Of a stretch of DNA of 64,000 nt, positions 28,889-39,215 are shown one piece after another (the stretch's first letter is position 1; every line of letters begins with the position of its first letter). The notes under the pieces were generated by a model. It had not been told where the DNA came from and did not search any database. It saw only the letters and a list, made by a program, of their open reading frames with translations. Origin of the DNA: an uncultured Gemmatimonadales bacterium. Lineage in GTDB: Bacteria; Gemmatimonadota; Gemmatimonadetes; Gemmatimonadales; GWC2-71-9. The position numbers were made by a program, and so were the translations under genes. The stretch lies in assembly GCA_963695555.1 (NCBI GenBank), contig CAVOGR010000001.1:320001-384000 (forward strand), written 5' to 3'.

Positions 28889-29689
28889 ATGCTCATGCCA
28901 GACCTGCGACCCCTATCGATCGGGGAAATCCTGGATGCGACGTTTGCGATCTACCGTCGTCAGTTTCCGCAGCTTTTTACCATTGCGACCGTGAGTCTGG
29001 CGGTGCCCTACGCGCTCAATGCCTATGTGATGGGGCGTCTCGGCGTCGCCGACTCTCCGGAAGACCTTATGCGCTTGGGTGGCTGGTTGCTGCTCTCAAT
29101 GCTCTTGTTTGCCGTATTCCAGGCCGTGGCAACGGCGGCAACCGTCCATGTCGTGTCCGACGGCTACTTGGGGCGCACGCTGACCGCCGGCGAGGCCCTG
29201 CGCCGCACCGGCCCGGCAGTTGGAGGGCTCATTCTCGTCTGGCTGTCAGTGTCGCTCGTCGTTTTTCTCGGCTTCCTCTTCCTTGTGATTCCGGGCATCA
29301 TCCTCGCTCTGGGACTCGCGTTCTCGACCCAGGCCCTGGTGCTGGAGCGCGTCTCGCCCTTCAATGCTATGCGCCGCTCATGGATGCTCGCCAAGGGGTC
29401 CAAAGGCAAGATCCTGCTCCTCATGATCACGGTCGCTGTCATTCTCTTCGTCGCCCTCATCGGCAGCATGGTCGCGCTCATGATCGTCTCCCTCCTGGTC
29501 TTCGGGTCCCCCGAGCCGGGAGCACTCCGCCCGGGACTCACGACGGTGATCGATGTGTTGACCCTCATCATCCAGCTTCTGGTATTCCCGCTCCTTCCCT
29601 GCCTCCTGACCGTCACGTACTACGATTTGAGAGTCCGGCGGGAAGGGTTCGACCTCGAAGTACTCGCCGCGGCAGTCCAGGGCGCCTAG
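28889..29689 (+). CDS. Integral membrane protein typical of MoxR/DUF58 clusters
   Basis: LRPLSIGEILD at the N-terminus, multiple TM segments, C-terminal YYDLRVRREGFDL. Confidence 0.85.
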   Translation: MLMPDLRPLSIGEILDATFAIYRRQFPQLFTIATVSLAVPYALNAYVMGRLGVADSPEDLMRLGGWLLLSMLLFAVFQAVATAATVHVVSDGYLGRTLTAGEALRRTGPAVGGLILVWLSVSLVVFLGFLFLVIPGIILALGLAFSTQALVLERVSPFNAMRRSWMLAKGSKGKILLLMITVAVILFVALIGSMVALMIVSLLVFGSPEPGALRPGLTTVIDVLTLIIQLLVFPLLPCLLTVTYYDLRVRREGFDLEVLAAAVQGA

Positions 29690-29698
29690 AGAGGCTCC

Positions 29699-30343
29699 GT
29701 GATGATGCCCGCACTCGCGCCCCCGGGCGGTGGAGCCCCGATTCCCCGTGACTCGCTCCGCGCAGTGCTGGATTCAGTGTTCGCCGGGCCCGCCTATGAC
29801 TGGACGCCACGGATCGATCCGCTGCAGTGGCTCGCACGCGGCTGGAACCTCTTGACGGGGTGGCTTGCCGCGTTTCGGGACGGGAACCCGGTTCTGTACC
29901 AGTGGTTTCTGCTCGGGCTCGTCGCGCTTCTCGTCGCGATCATCATCCACGCTGGCTGGACCCTCATGCAGACCATCCGCCCCAGAGGCCGGCCGGTCGA
30001 TTATCTGGCGACCCAGCCGACGCCTGAATCGCACGATGCGGCGTGGTATCGTCGGTATGCGGATCAGTATGCGGCCGAAGGACAGTATGCCGCGGCCGTC
30101 CAAGCTGGCTGGCATGCACTGGTGCTGGACCTCGATGCGCGCGGTCTGGTTCGCTATCGTCAGGCCAAGACGCCAGGCGAGTACCCGTTTGAGTCGGCGC
30201 TGGATCCGGACGACCGCGATCGGCTGCGACATTTGGTGGAGGAGCTCTATCGTTTCGTCTTTGGCCGCGAGCGCTGCACCAGAGAGGAATATCTTGCCTG
30301 GCAGTCGCGTGCCACTGGAGAATGGCGTGCAGCTTCGACCTGA
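29699..30343 (+). CDS. DUF4129 domain protein
   Basis: One TM segment, then A...GQYAAAV...LDARGLVRY..AKTPGEY; cluster context supports the call. Confidence 0.8.
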   Translation: MMMPALAPPGGGAPIPRDSLRAVLDSVFAGPAYDWTPRIDPLQWLARGWNLLTGWLAAFRDGNPVLYQWFLLGLVALLVAIIIHAGWTLMQTIRPRGRPVDYLATQPTPESHDAAWYRRYADQYAAEGQYAAAVQAGWHALVLDLDARGLVRYRQAKTPGEYPFESALDPDDRDRLRHLVEELYRFVFGRERCTREEYLAWQSRATGEWRAAST

Positions 30344-31535
30344 CCTGAGCCTGGGCATCGGCATCCTGCTGACGCTCATCTTGATCGTGGCTCTGACAGG
30401 AGCTCCCCGGCGCCACGAAGCCGGCGACGTCGACCAGCGCCGATCGACCTACCTGAGCGGGCCGTGGGGTGCCCGCGGGCTGAGCGAGGCGCTCGAGCGG
30501 GTTGGTCTTCGGGTGGAGCGCCACCGGCGCCGGCTCGCCCTCCTCGTCGCGCCAAGCGACGCAGGTCGATCCGTGGTCGCCGTGCTCGAACCTTCCCGGG
30601 CCCTGGATGTCTGGGATGGGGCTGCCCTGCTCGAGGTCGACCGGCAGGGCCTCGATGTGCTGCTCGCCGGCCCGTCGGCCAACGCCGCCATGCGGTGCTT
30701 CGGCTACGTGGCTCAGCCCCGCTCGGACTCGGTTGCCGCCCGCCCGGCTGGGGTACCAGCGCGAGCCCCCATCTGGGTCACCGCGGTCCTGGCCCGTACG
30801 GGGGAGGCGATGGTCGTCGATTCGTCCAGTGTCGCCGACCTGGGAGTTGCACAGTGCGAGGTACCGAAGCCCGACCGCGTCGACACGCTCCTGGTCACGG
30901 AGGGAGGCCGGGCGGCTGCGTTACAGTTCCACTTCGCTTCCGGGCGGATCGTCACTCTGATCGCCGATGGGGGCGTGTTCGGGAATCGGAAGATGCGTGA
31001 CACCGAGGCCGGGATCTTCGCGATGGAACAATTCGCCGGGCGGTACTCGACGGCGATATTCGACGAATACCATCAGGGGTTTGGGCAGGGCGGCTCGCTG
31101 TCCAAGGCCGTCGTCGCGTGGAGCCTCGAATCGCCGTGGGGCTGGGCCGCATGGCAACTCGCGGCCGTCGGACTGCTCGCGTTGCTCGCGAGCGGCATTC
31201 GCTTTGGTCCGGTGACGACGCTGCTTCGCCGCGAACGGCGTTCGCCGCTCGAACACGTGCGGGCGCTCGCCACCGCGCTTGCGGCTGCCCGCGGCCAAGC
31301 GACGGCGGTCAGGTTGATCGTGCGGGGGCTCGAGCGCAGACTCTCCCGGATAGGCCGCGGCGCCGATCCCGATCCGACGGCCTGGCTCGCGGCCCTCGCC
31401 CCGAACCTGCACACTTCAAAAGGCCGGTCCGCTCTGGAGCGGCTCACTCAACTCACCCGTGGCCCGGAACGCGACGATGCCGTGTTGACGGCCGCTCATG
31501 CCGTGGAGGACGTGTGGGAGGATCTGAAACCGTGA
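30327..31535 (+). CDS. DUF4350 domain membrane protein
   Basis: RSTY..GPWGARGL, IFDEYHQG, RFGP, RRSPLEHVRALA. GTG start with GGAG RBS. Confidence 0.8.
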   Translation: MQLRPDLSLGIGILLTLILIVALTGAPRRHEAGDVDQRRSTYLSGPWGARGLSEALERVGLRVERHRRRLALLVAPSDAGRSVVAVLEPSRALDVWDGAALLEVDRQGLDVLLAGPSANAAMRCFGYVAQPRSDSVAARPAGVPARAPIWVTAVLARTGEAMVVDSSSVADLGVAQCEVPKPDRVDTLLVTEGGRAAALQFHFASGRIVTLIADGGVFGNRKMRDTEAGIFAMEQFAGRYSTAIFDEYHQGFGQGGSLSKAVVAWSLESPWGWAAWQLAAVGLLALLASGIRFGPVTTLLRRERRSPLEHVRALATALAAARGQATAVRLIVRGLERRLSRIGRGADPDPTAWLAALAPNLHTSKGRSALERLTQLTRGPERDDAVLTAAHAVEDVWEDLKP

Positions 31536-32494
31536 ATGGTCCCGATATCCCAGCCCAGGCGGAGCGGGCCCGGGACATCGTACGCCGCCTGAATCACGTC
31601 GTGCTCGGGCAGGAAGCCGTGGTGCACGATGCCCTGGCTGCGCTGATCGCCCGTGGACACGTGTTGCTCGAAGGAGTCCCGGGCACGGCGAAGACGCTCT
31701 TGGTCCGCACCCTGAGTGTGGCCCTCGACCTCGAGTTTCGTCGCATTCAGTTCACGCCGGACCTGATGCCGTCGGACATCACCGGCATCAACTTTCTCGC
31801 GGCCGAAGGGAAGTTCTCGTTTCGGCCGGGTCCCCTCTTTGCGGATCTCATCCTCGCTGACGAGATCAATCGCGCTCCGGCCAAGACCCAGGCCGCCCTG
31901 CTCGAGGCCATGCAGGAACGGAGCGTCACCGTGGACGGGGTCTCCCATGCCCTGTCGGCGTCCTTCACGGTCTTCGCGACCCAGAACCCCATCGAGTTCG
32001 AGGGCACCTACCCGCTCCCTGAGGCCGAGCTCGATCGCTTCCTCGTGAAGGTCGTGCTGGACTATCCCGCAGAGGCGGTCGAGCAGGGGATTCTCTCCCG
32101 CGTCCTGGAGGGCTTCGAGTCCGACGACCCGAACAGTTTCGGGATCGACTCGGGACTCGATGCCCGTGGACTCGAAGCACTGAGGCGGGCCGCGCGCGCG
32201 GTGCGAGTCGAACCAAGCCTCGTTGCGTATGTGACCCGGATCGTGCGCGCCACGCGGACGGCACCGGCCCTGACACTGGGCGCCTCACCGCGGGCCAGTG
32301 TTGGACTCCTCAAGCTGTCCCAAGCAGTGGCACTCATGAGTGGCCGGGCCTACGCGGTACCCGATGACGTCAAGCGGTCCGCCAACGCGGTGCTGCGGCA
32401 TCGGGTAGTCATGGCCCCCGAGCTGGAACTGGAGGGAGCCTCACCGGACACGGTTCTGGACTCGATTCTGGAAAAGGTGCCAGCTCCGGAATGA
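31532..32494 (+). CDS. moxR: MoxR family AAA+ ATPase
   Basis: GVPGTAKT, RIQFTPDLMPSD, LADEINRAP, ATQNPIE.EGTYPLPEA.LDRF, GASPRA motifs. Confidence 0.95.
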   Translation: MNGPDIPAQAERARDIVRRLNHVVLGQEAVVHDALAALIARGHVLLEGVPGTAKTLLVRTLSVALDLEFRRIQFTPDLMPSDITGINFLAAEGKFSFRPGPLFADLILADEINRAPAKTQAALLEAMQERSVTVDGVSHALSASFTVFATQNPIEFEGTYPLPEAELDRFLVKVVLDYPAEAVEQGILSRVLEGFESDDPNSFGIDSGLDARGLEALRRAARAVRVEPSLVAYVTRIVRATRTAPALTLGASPRASVGLLKLSQAVALMSGRAYAVPDDVKRSANAVLRHRVVMAPELELEGASPDTVLDSILEKVPAPE

Positions 32495-33810
32495 GGTTCG
32501 TGCCGTCGCGCCGCTGGCTCATTGTCGCGGCCGGGCTGGCCCTGGTCGCGCCGCTCGGCGTGGTCTGGCCCGCGGCCTTGGCGGCGCTCGTCGTATGCGA
32601 CATTGTGTGGCTCATGGCCCTGCTCCTCGATGCGTGGCTGGCCCCCGCCCCGGCACGACTCGACGTCGGCCGCGAAGCCCCACCGGCGTTCTCACTCGGG
32701 CGGGTCCTGCCGGTCTGGTATTCATGGTCGCACCCTGGTCGCCGGCCCATCCGACTCCGCCTTCGCGAAGCGCTTCCTGGTCCATTGGCTCCCGCCGGGC
32801 CGGGCACACGCGAACTTCGGATACCTCCGGGTACGACAGTGCGGGAGCGGCTGGATATCCGACCCCAACGCCGAGGAACAGGCTCGGGTGGGCGAATTGC
32901 TGTGAGAAGTCTGGGTCCGTTGGGTCTCATGTGGCGCCAAGGAGTGCTCGACCGGCCGTGGACGGCGGTAGTGTTTCCGGCGTTGTCCGGCATCCGGCAG
33001 CGAGGACTCCCCGCCCAAGCCTCGCGTCGGCGCGAAGCGGGCCTTCGGAGCATCCGGCGCCCGGGCGAGGGACGACTGTTCGAGAGCCTCAAAGAGTGGG
33101 TCCCCGGCGACGACAGCAGGACCATCGACTGGAAGGCAACCGCACGGCGGCGCAAATTGATGGTGCGGCGATATGAAGATGAACGCCGGCAGCAGGTGCT
33201 ACTCGTGATCGATGCCGGTCGGCTCCTCACCGCCGAGGTCGATGGGGTGGCGCGTCTCGAGTATGCCATCCGCGCGGCACTCCAGTTGGCGCATGCCGCC
33301 GTGGAGCACGACGACAATGTCGGCCTGATGGTCTTTGCCCAGGATGTCGAGTCGTACCTGGCGCCCGCCCGCGGACGCCGGGCGCTGCGCGGTATTCTGA
33401 ACGCGCTTGCGCGCATCGAAGGGCGGCTCGTCGAGTCGGACTACCCGGCCGCCTTTCGGTATCTGGCCACCCGGAATCGTAAACGGGCCATGCCGGTGGT
33501 CTTCACGGATGTCATCGACCGGCACGCGAGCGAAGCCTTTGTGACGCACGTCGGCTCGCTCCGGCCACGGCACCTCCCGCTGGCGGTAATCCTGCGGGAC
33601 CCAGCACTCGAGGGTGTGGCCAGCCGTCGGCCCTCGGACACCCGGGCGGGATTCGAGCGGGCCGCCGCGGAGGAGCTGCTCATGGCGCGTGAAGTGGCCT
33701 TGGGTACGATGCGGGCGCGGGGCGTGCTCGTGCTCGATGTCCCGCCAGCGAGAGCCAGCGAGGCGGTGATCGAGCAGTATACCGAACTCAAGCGACGGGG
33801 CCTCTTGTGA
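32491..33810 (+). CDS. DUF58 (vWA-like) domain protein
   Basis: FESLKEWVPGDDSRTIDWKATAR, IDAGR, VVFTD motifs. Confidence 0.92.
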   Translation: MRFVPSRRWLIVAAGLALVAPLGVVWPAALAALVVCDIVWLMALLLDAWLAPAPARLDVGREAPPAFSLGRVLPVWYSWSHPGRRPIRLRLREALPGPLAPAGPGTRELRIPPGTTVRERLDIRPQRRGTGSGGRIAVRSLGPLGLMWRQGVLDRPWTAVVFPALSGIRQRGLPAQASRRREAGLRSIRRPGEGRLFESLKEWVPGDDSRTIDWKATARRRKLMVRRYEDERRQQVLLVIDAGRLLTAEVDGVARLEYAIRAALQLAHAAVEHDDNVGLMVFAQDVESYLAPARGRRALRGILNALARIEGRLVESDYPAAFRYLATRNRKRAMPVVFTDVIDRHASEAFVTHVGSLRPRHLPLAVILRDPALEGVASRRPSDTRAGFERAAAEELLMAREVALGTMRARGVLVLDVPPARASEAVIEQYTELKRRGLL

Positions 33811-34841
33811 CGGAACGGCGCAGCTTTGCGAGCGACAACAGTGCGGGCGTGCATCCCGCCGTGCTTCAAGCCATCATCGATGCCAATCAGGGGCACGTTC
33901 CCGCCTACGGAGACGATCCCTACACGGCCCAGGCCGTCGCCAGGTTCCAGAGCCTCTTGGGTGAGGGCATCGACGTCTTCTTCGTGTACGGCGGCACGGG
34001 AGCCAACGTCCTGGCGATTCGCGCCGTCACCGAATCGTATCACGCCGTGCTGTGCCCCGAGTCGGCCCACATCAACGTGGATGAGTGCGGAGCGCCCGAA
34101 AAGTTCACGGGGTGCAAGCTGCTCACCGTCCCCACCGATGATGGGAAACTGCGTCCCGACGACCTACTGCCGCACTTGCGCGGATTCGGCGTCGAACATC
34201 ACGCCCAGCCGCGGGTCGTGTCGATCACCCAAGCCACCGAGCTTGGCACCGTCTACCGCCCCACAGAAATCCGCGCCCTGGCGGATCTTGCCCATGCCCA
34301 CGGCATGGTCCTCCACATGGACGGCGCCCGGATCGCCAATGCCGCGGTAGCGCTGGGTTCGAGCCTCAAGGCTACGACGGTTGACGCGGGAGTCGATGTC
34401 CTGTCGTTCGGCGGAACCAAGAACGGCCTGATGGGCGGTGAGGCCCTGATCTTCTTTCGGCGCGAACACGCCGAGGATTTTCGCTTCCTGCGGAAGCAGA
34501 GCATGCAGCTGGCGTCGAAGATGCGTTTCATCGCCGTCCAGTTCGACGCCCTCCTGCGAGATGACCTCTGGCGGCAGAACGCGGAACATGCAAACCGTAT
34601 GGCCCGCCTGCTGCGGGATGCCATGGCCGGCGTGCCCAACGTGCGGATCACACAGCCGGTTGAGGCCAACGCGGTTTTCGCCACCATTCCGTCGCAGCAC
34701 ATCGCAGCGCTTCAGGCGGAGTCCTTGTTCTACGTGTGGAACGAGCAGACGTCCGAAGTGCGGTGGATGACGGCGTTCGACACAACCGAAGAGGACGTCC
34801 ACGCCTTCGCCGCGGCCGCCCGGCGGATTCTCGGGTCCTGA
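33807..34841 (+). CDS. ltaE: Low-specificity L-threonine aldolase
   Basis: FASDN, YGDDPYT, DECGAPE, LHMDGAR, SFGGTKNG, SKMRF motifs. Confidence 0.92.
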   Translation: MTERRSFASDNSAGVHPAVLQAIIDANQGHVPAYGDDPYTAQAVARFQSLLGEGIDVFFVYGGTGANVLAIRAVTESYHAVLCPESAHINVDECGAPEKFTGCKLLTVPTDDGKLRPDDLLPHLRGFGVEHHAQPRVVSITQATELGTVYRPTEIRALADLAHAHGMVLHMDGARIANAAVALGSSLKATTVDAGVDVLSFGGTKNGLMGGEALIFFRREHAEDFRFLRKQSMQLASKMRFIAVQFDALLRDDLWRQNAEHANRMARLLRDAMAGVPNVRITQPVEANAVFATIPSQHIAALQAESLFYVWNEQTSEVRWMTAFDTTEEDVHAFAAAARRILGS

Positions 34842-35133
34842 TCCCCGCCGGGTCCTCCGGCTCTGGTGCCTAAACAAGCCTTCCGCCCGCCTTCCATACC
34901 TATTCATCCTTGCGGTCGTATGGTGTCCCAAGGTTGCTGCGATCGACGGTTCAGCCCGCACATTTCCAGGACACGGGGTGAGCGAGCCCGGGTCTCGGCC
35001 TCGGTGCCCCCTGTGGCCCAAACCGCCTCTTTCCACCGGCGCTCCTTGGTGGTTACGATTGATGACACAAGCTCGAGTATGGCTCCCTGTTGCCGGACCT
35101 CGATGGTCGAACTCCACCCGAATGGGAACCGCC

Positions 35134-35535
35134 ATGAAAGTCGCCGACCTGATGCACAGAGATCTCGTGACCGTGCCGATGACCGCCACGGTGGGAGAGG
35201 CGATCATTACCCTGGCGGACGCTCACGTGACCGGTCTCCCGGTCGTTGACCGCAAAGGTCTTTTGGTAGGAGTGCTCTCGACTACCGATCTCCTGACGTC
35301 ACTTGCCGAGCAAGGCCGCGAGGGAGACATCGTGCCACTGCTCGATGAGACGACCGTCAGCGAGATCATGACCCCGCGCCCCAAGACGGTTGCCCCCGAC
35401 GTCGACGTGCGCGAAGCCGCCCAGCAGATGCTCTATTTGGGTATCCACCGGCTCTTCGTCGAAAGCGGCGGGGAGCTTGCGGGCATCATCTCCCAGACCG
35501 ACATCGTCCAGGCCTACGCGACCGGGAGACTCTGA
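35134..35535 (+). CDS. CBS-pair domain protein
   Basis: MKVADLM...GLPVVD...GVLSTTDL / VSEIMT...GIISQTDIV. Confidence 0.9.
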   Translation: MKVADLMHRDLVTVPMTATVGEAIITLADAHVTGLPVVDRKGLLVGVLSTTDLLTSLAEQGREGDIVPLLDETTVSEIMTPRPKTVAPDVDVREAAQQMLYLGIHRLFVESGGELAGIISQTDIVQAYATGRL

Positions 35536-35572
35536 GGGGTCGAACCGAGGTCTCAGCCGGGGGGCGCGCCGC

Positions 35573-36262
35573 CTACGGGGTCGCAGTCAAATCGAACACC
35601 GCCGGCGCGCCCTGAAGCACCACGCTTGCCGAGGCCATGACGGTAATCGGCCCCGGTGTCGCGCCGAGCTGCACTTGGGCTGCGGAAATTCCGTTCGCGT
35701 CGGTCTGCGGCGTGATGGAAGTGACGGTAGCCGCACCTGAGGTGACGCTCCAGGTGATGGTCACCCCCTCCAGTGGATTCCGGTACGCGTCTTCCACCGC
35801 GACCTGCAGGTTGGTGGGCAAGGTCGTGTTGACCGCCCCGGATTGCCCGTCGCCCTCGCCCTTCGTCATGGCTGCGGGGGGGCCGGGCAGTGCCGTGGCC
35901 GAGAAGGTCACGGGCGAATTGCTCGCCTCGGTGGCCGACGCCTGGACAGTATACGTCCCGGCAACCGACGGCAGGTCCCACGTGGTCGAGGCAATGCCGC
36001 CGTTCGCGGTTACGGTCGACGTAGGGTTCAACGTGCCGCCCGCCGCGGACCATGTCACGACCACGTCCTCCTCCGGGTTGCCCAACCGCGTGGCGATGAT
36101 TCTGATGGGCGCGAGCCGGGTCGTGACCTGTTCCATCTGATTGTTGCCGGTGAACACGGCAATGGTAATGGGGGGTGGGGGCGCAGACGGGGTGTCCGTG
36201 CCGCACGCCACGAGAACGAGGACGGCGCAAAGACCGGACACGCGAGCGGTATGGCCATTCAT
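35573..36262 (-). CDS. Lipoprotein with two Ig-like (Big_1) domains
   Basis: Lipobox VLVAC; repeated G..Q / VTWS...G / T.ANGI(A/S) Ig-like units. Confidence 0.8.
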   Translation of the reverse strand: MNGHTARVSGLCAVLVLVACGTDTPSAPPPPITIAVFTGNNQMEQVTTRLAPIRIIATRLGNPEEDVVVTWSAAGGTLNPTSTVTANGGIASTTWDLPSVAGTYTVQASATEASNSPVTFSATALPGPPAAMTKGEGDGQSGAVNTTLPTNLQVAVEDAYRNPLEGVTITWSVTSGAATVTSITPQTDANGISAAQVQLGATPGPITVMASASVVLQGAPAVFDLTATP

Positions 36263-36670
36263 GGCAATCTCGACGGAGTAGGGAGCATCAGAGGCACGCT
36301 ACCAGCAAACATCGTCCAACAATTCTCAATCAGCAACCCCAGTCGGCGTTGCCTGATTCGATTCTTCGGGCCCCGCCTCCGACGGCGATCCAGGACCGGG
36401 AAACGAAATCCCGATCCGCCGCGTAGGAGTTGTCTACCCGTCCACCGCGAACCGGGGAACCGTAACGAGGCGGCTGTCATTCAGAATGGACGAATCACCG
36501 CGGTCGACCTGCACGTCGGCGGATCAGCCGGGCGCTGGCCCGAAGGAATGCCCCTGTCGGGGAAAGCACGCGGGCCCTTGCCTCTGCTGGATCGGTTGAT
36601 GGAACTTCATGCTGACACGCGGCGGGATACCGGACCGGCCCGCTGCTCCCATTGATAGAGGACAGCGACC

Positions 36671-37078
36671 ATGTCAGACAAGACCGGCAAATCCGATGCA
36701 GAGTGGGCCGAACAACTCACCCCCGAGCAGTATCGGATCACACGGCGGAAAGGTACGGAAGCACCGTTTACCGGTGTCTATTGGAATGCGAAGGAGCACG
36801 GAATCTATCGCTGCGTCTGTTGTGGCAATCCGCTCTTCGCCTCGGACACCAAGTACGACTCGGGGACCGGCTGGCCCAGTTTTTCTGCTCCCGTCAGCCC
36901 GGATGGGTTGTTGACCGAGTCCGATACGAGTCACGCCATGAGACGAACCGAGGTCCTGTGCAGCCGCTGTAACGCGCACTTGGGCCACGTCTTCGAGGAC
37001 GGACCGGCCCCGACGGGCATGCGCTATTGCATCAACTCGGCATCCCTCGAGCTGGACCCGGAACCCGAAGGCACCTAA
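36671..37078 (+). CDS. msrB: Peptide-methionine (R)-S-oxide reductase
   Basis: GTEAPFTG, two CxxC, GWPSF, HLGHVF, RYCINS motifs. Confidence 0.97.
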   Translation: MSDKTGKSDAEWAEQLTPEQYRITRRKGTEAPFTGVYWNAKEHGIYRCVCCGNPLFASDTKYDSGTGWPSFSAPVSPDGLLTESDTSHAMRRTEVLCSRCNAHLGHVFEDGPAPTGMRYCINSASLELDPEPEGT

Positions 37079-37088
37079 TCGCCCGGCG

Positions 37089-38402
37089 CTAGGCCCGACC
37101 GCCCTGCCGCATCACGCTGCCATACGGGTGAAAGCCGGCCCGGCGGATCACGATCCATCCGACGACAACGCCCGCGCCTTGGATGAGGAAGTCGGTGATG
37201 TCCATGTGCCGGCCGGCGATGAACAACTGGCTCAGCTCGGTGAAGGTTGCTAGGTAGATACCCGGAAGGAAGGTTCTGAAAGCGCCCCTCGTCGCGATCG
37301 GCCAGACCGCAAGCAGCGCGCCCAGCGGCAGGTAGAGAAAGAACCCGACCGCAACGTCCACCACGCTAAACACGTCCATCCGCTGCCCGAGCGAGGCCAG
37401 GGGAACCCACCATCGCTCGAACAGGCTCCCGCTAATGATGTGCGGATCGAGTTCGGGTACGAACGGTCGCCATGCCCAAAGGCAGAGGATAAGCCCATGG
37501 ACAATGAGCAGGCCCAGGGGCCGGTGGGCACCCCTGAGCTCCCGCGTCAAACCCGGTAGCCACAGCACGGCCGCCCAGGCCCCCAGCGCCGTACCGAGCC
37601 CGTGCGCCACCAAGGGTCCGACCTGAATCGGTTGCCCGAGAAAGCCGTGGCCCACTTCGGCAAGGAGGAACAAGGCCAGCCCGGCCAGGGACACGCGTCG
37701 GCCGGCCTTGGCGTATGACAGCCCCGTTTCCACCAGGGCTGCAACGGCATAGGCACCCACCGGCAGGAAGAGGACGACGTCGCCCATCGGGATCGGAAGG
37801 ATCGAGCCCGGATCGAAGAGCTCGAGCGCGACGCGGAACCGCCCGAGCGGTCCGCCGTACACATTGGGAAACGCGGTTTGCCGGAACAGCGGAACGAACG
37901 CCTCAGCGAATGCTGCGGCGGCATATGACGCGGCGAAGATGAGTGCCGGAATCCCCACAAATGATTGCGTTCTGCGCCGGGAGCGGATGACGAGCACCAG
38001 GCTGAGCAATACCAGGGCACCGACTGCGCTGCCGGCTGTGTTGGTGACGACGTCGATGACGCTGGCGCGTCGGAGCACCGACCAGAGCTGAAGGCTCTCG
38101 ACGGTAAGGCTGATCCCCGCGCCGGTCATGATGGCGGTGCGGAACGACGCCCACACGTTCGTGGCGGGAGCGGTGACCATCCACACCATGCCCCATCCGG
38201 CAAACAGGGCCACGTTGCGAACGGCGTCCACCGCATCGCTCGGGACGAGGGTGGGATGCAGAGCCCGGGCCAGCCGCGCCGCCACATCGCCCCACGCCGC
38301 ATCGAAGCCAAACGGCGTGAGCGTCGCGAGCAGGAGGACGCCCACGTATGCCAGTCGGGTCGACACCCTCCAGCGACGATGCTGCCCAGCAAGATCGTGC
38401 AC
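37089..38402 (-). CDS. Membrane protein with two VanZ-like domains
   Basis: DAVRNVALF...SLTVESLQ...R.ASVIDVVTNTAG, and a second copy ELSQ...RHMDITD. GTG start with GAGG RBS. Confidence 0.8.
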   Translation of the reverse strand: MHDLAGQHRRWRVSTRLAYVGVLLLATLTPFGFDAAWGDVAARLARALHPTLVPSDAVDAVRNVALFAGWGMVWMVTAPATNVWASFRTAIMTGAGISLTVESLQLWSVLRRASVIDVVTNTAGSAVGALVLLSLVLVIRSRRRTQSFVGIPALIFAASYAAAAFAEAFVPLFRQTAFPNVYGGPLGRFRVALELFDPGSILPIPMGDVVLFLPVGAYAVAALVETGLSYAKAGRRVSLAGLALFLLAEVGHGFLGQPIQVGPLVAHGLGTALGAWAAVLWLPGLTRELRGAHRPLGLLIVHGLILCLWAWRPFVPELDPHIISGSLFERWWVPLASLGQRMDVFSVVDVAVGFFLYLPLGALLAVWPIATRGAFRTFLPGIYLATFTELSQLFIAGRHMDITDFLIQGAGVVVGWIVIRRAGFHPYGSVMRQGGRA

Positions 38403-38410
38403 GCAGTCCT

Positions 38411-39211
38411 CTACTGAGTGACGCGGGTGAACCGCTGAAACTGCCACGGTCCGCTCGGCTCATTCACCTCGAACGGGGTTGCACGCCTCGGAAATACGGC
38501 GTCGAGCGAGGCCGCATCTAAGAACGCCGGGCCCAGAACGCTCGTGGCCACGGCCGGGCCCAAATAGGTGGAGAGCCAGAGCTCGTCGACCAGTGCCGGT
38601 GACCGGTAGAGCGGGAGCGCCGTGGTGGGGCCGGCCTCGATGGATAGGGCTCGAGCTCCCAGCGTCTCGCCTACATAGCGAAGCGCCTGCTCCGCCGACG
38701 GCTTAGCCATCGCGACCACCTGAACATCGGCGGCGGCGGCCCATGCGCCGAGCCGTCGTGCACCCTCACACGAGGTGACGATCATCGGTCTGTTCGTACC
38801 ACGGAAGAGCGGATGCGACCGTGGGAGCCGCTCGCCTGATGTCAGAATGACGCTTCGGGCCGATTCAGTCTTGCCGAGTGATCGCGTGCGCCACTCAGCC
38901 AGGGCATGGCGGAGGGTGGACGGTCCGAGATAGTCATGGGTGAGGCCTCGCTCGCTCCGCAGGATCTTACCCGTGGTCAAAATTGCGTCTGCCCGTGCGC
39001 GGGAGAGGCCGAGCACAAATCGATCGTACATACTCCTGGGAGTGTCCGCGGTGAGCCGTAAAATGCGGTGGCCGCCGAGTGGGTCTCGCCAGACGGCGGC
39101 AATGTGACCCACGCCGGCATGGCTGGAGACGTTCGCGCCGTAGATATGCTCCGAAAGGGTCGAGACGTCCTGCCAATCCCGAACGGTATCCGGTGTTAGC
39201 TGGGGGAGCAC
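38411..39211 (-). CDS. RibD C-terminal (DHFR-like reductase) domain protein
   Basis: RARADAILTTGKILRSE, SIEAGP, VDELWLS. The longer ORF-track entry overlaps the neighbouring gene. Confidence 0.75.
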   Translation of the reverse strand: MLPQLTPDTVRDWQDVSTLSEHIYGANVSSHAGVGHIAAVWRDPLGGHRILRLTADTPRSMYDRFVLGLSRARADAILTTGKILRSERGLTHDYLGPSTLRHALAEWRTRSLGKTESARSVILTSGERLPRSHPLFRGTNRPMIVTSCEGARRLGAWAAAADVQVVAMAKPSAEQALRYVGETLGARALSIEAGPTTALPLYRSPALVDELWLSTYLGPAVATSVLGPAFLDAASLDAVFPRRATPFEVNEPSGPWQFQRFTRVTQ

Positions 39212-39215
39212 GGCG

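Noticed and set aside
36263..36670. Possible cobalamin riboswitch or degraded gene in the 400-bp spacer before msrB
   Set aside because: GGGAA...AATCCC and ACCGTAA fragments are present, but order and spacing do not fit the B12 element. The short protein-like stretch (AVIQNGRITAVDLHVGG) is too weak to call.
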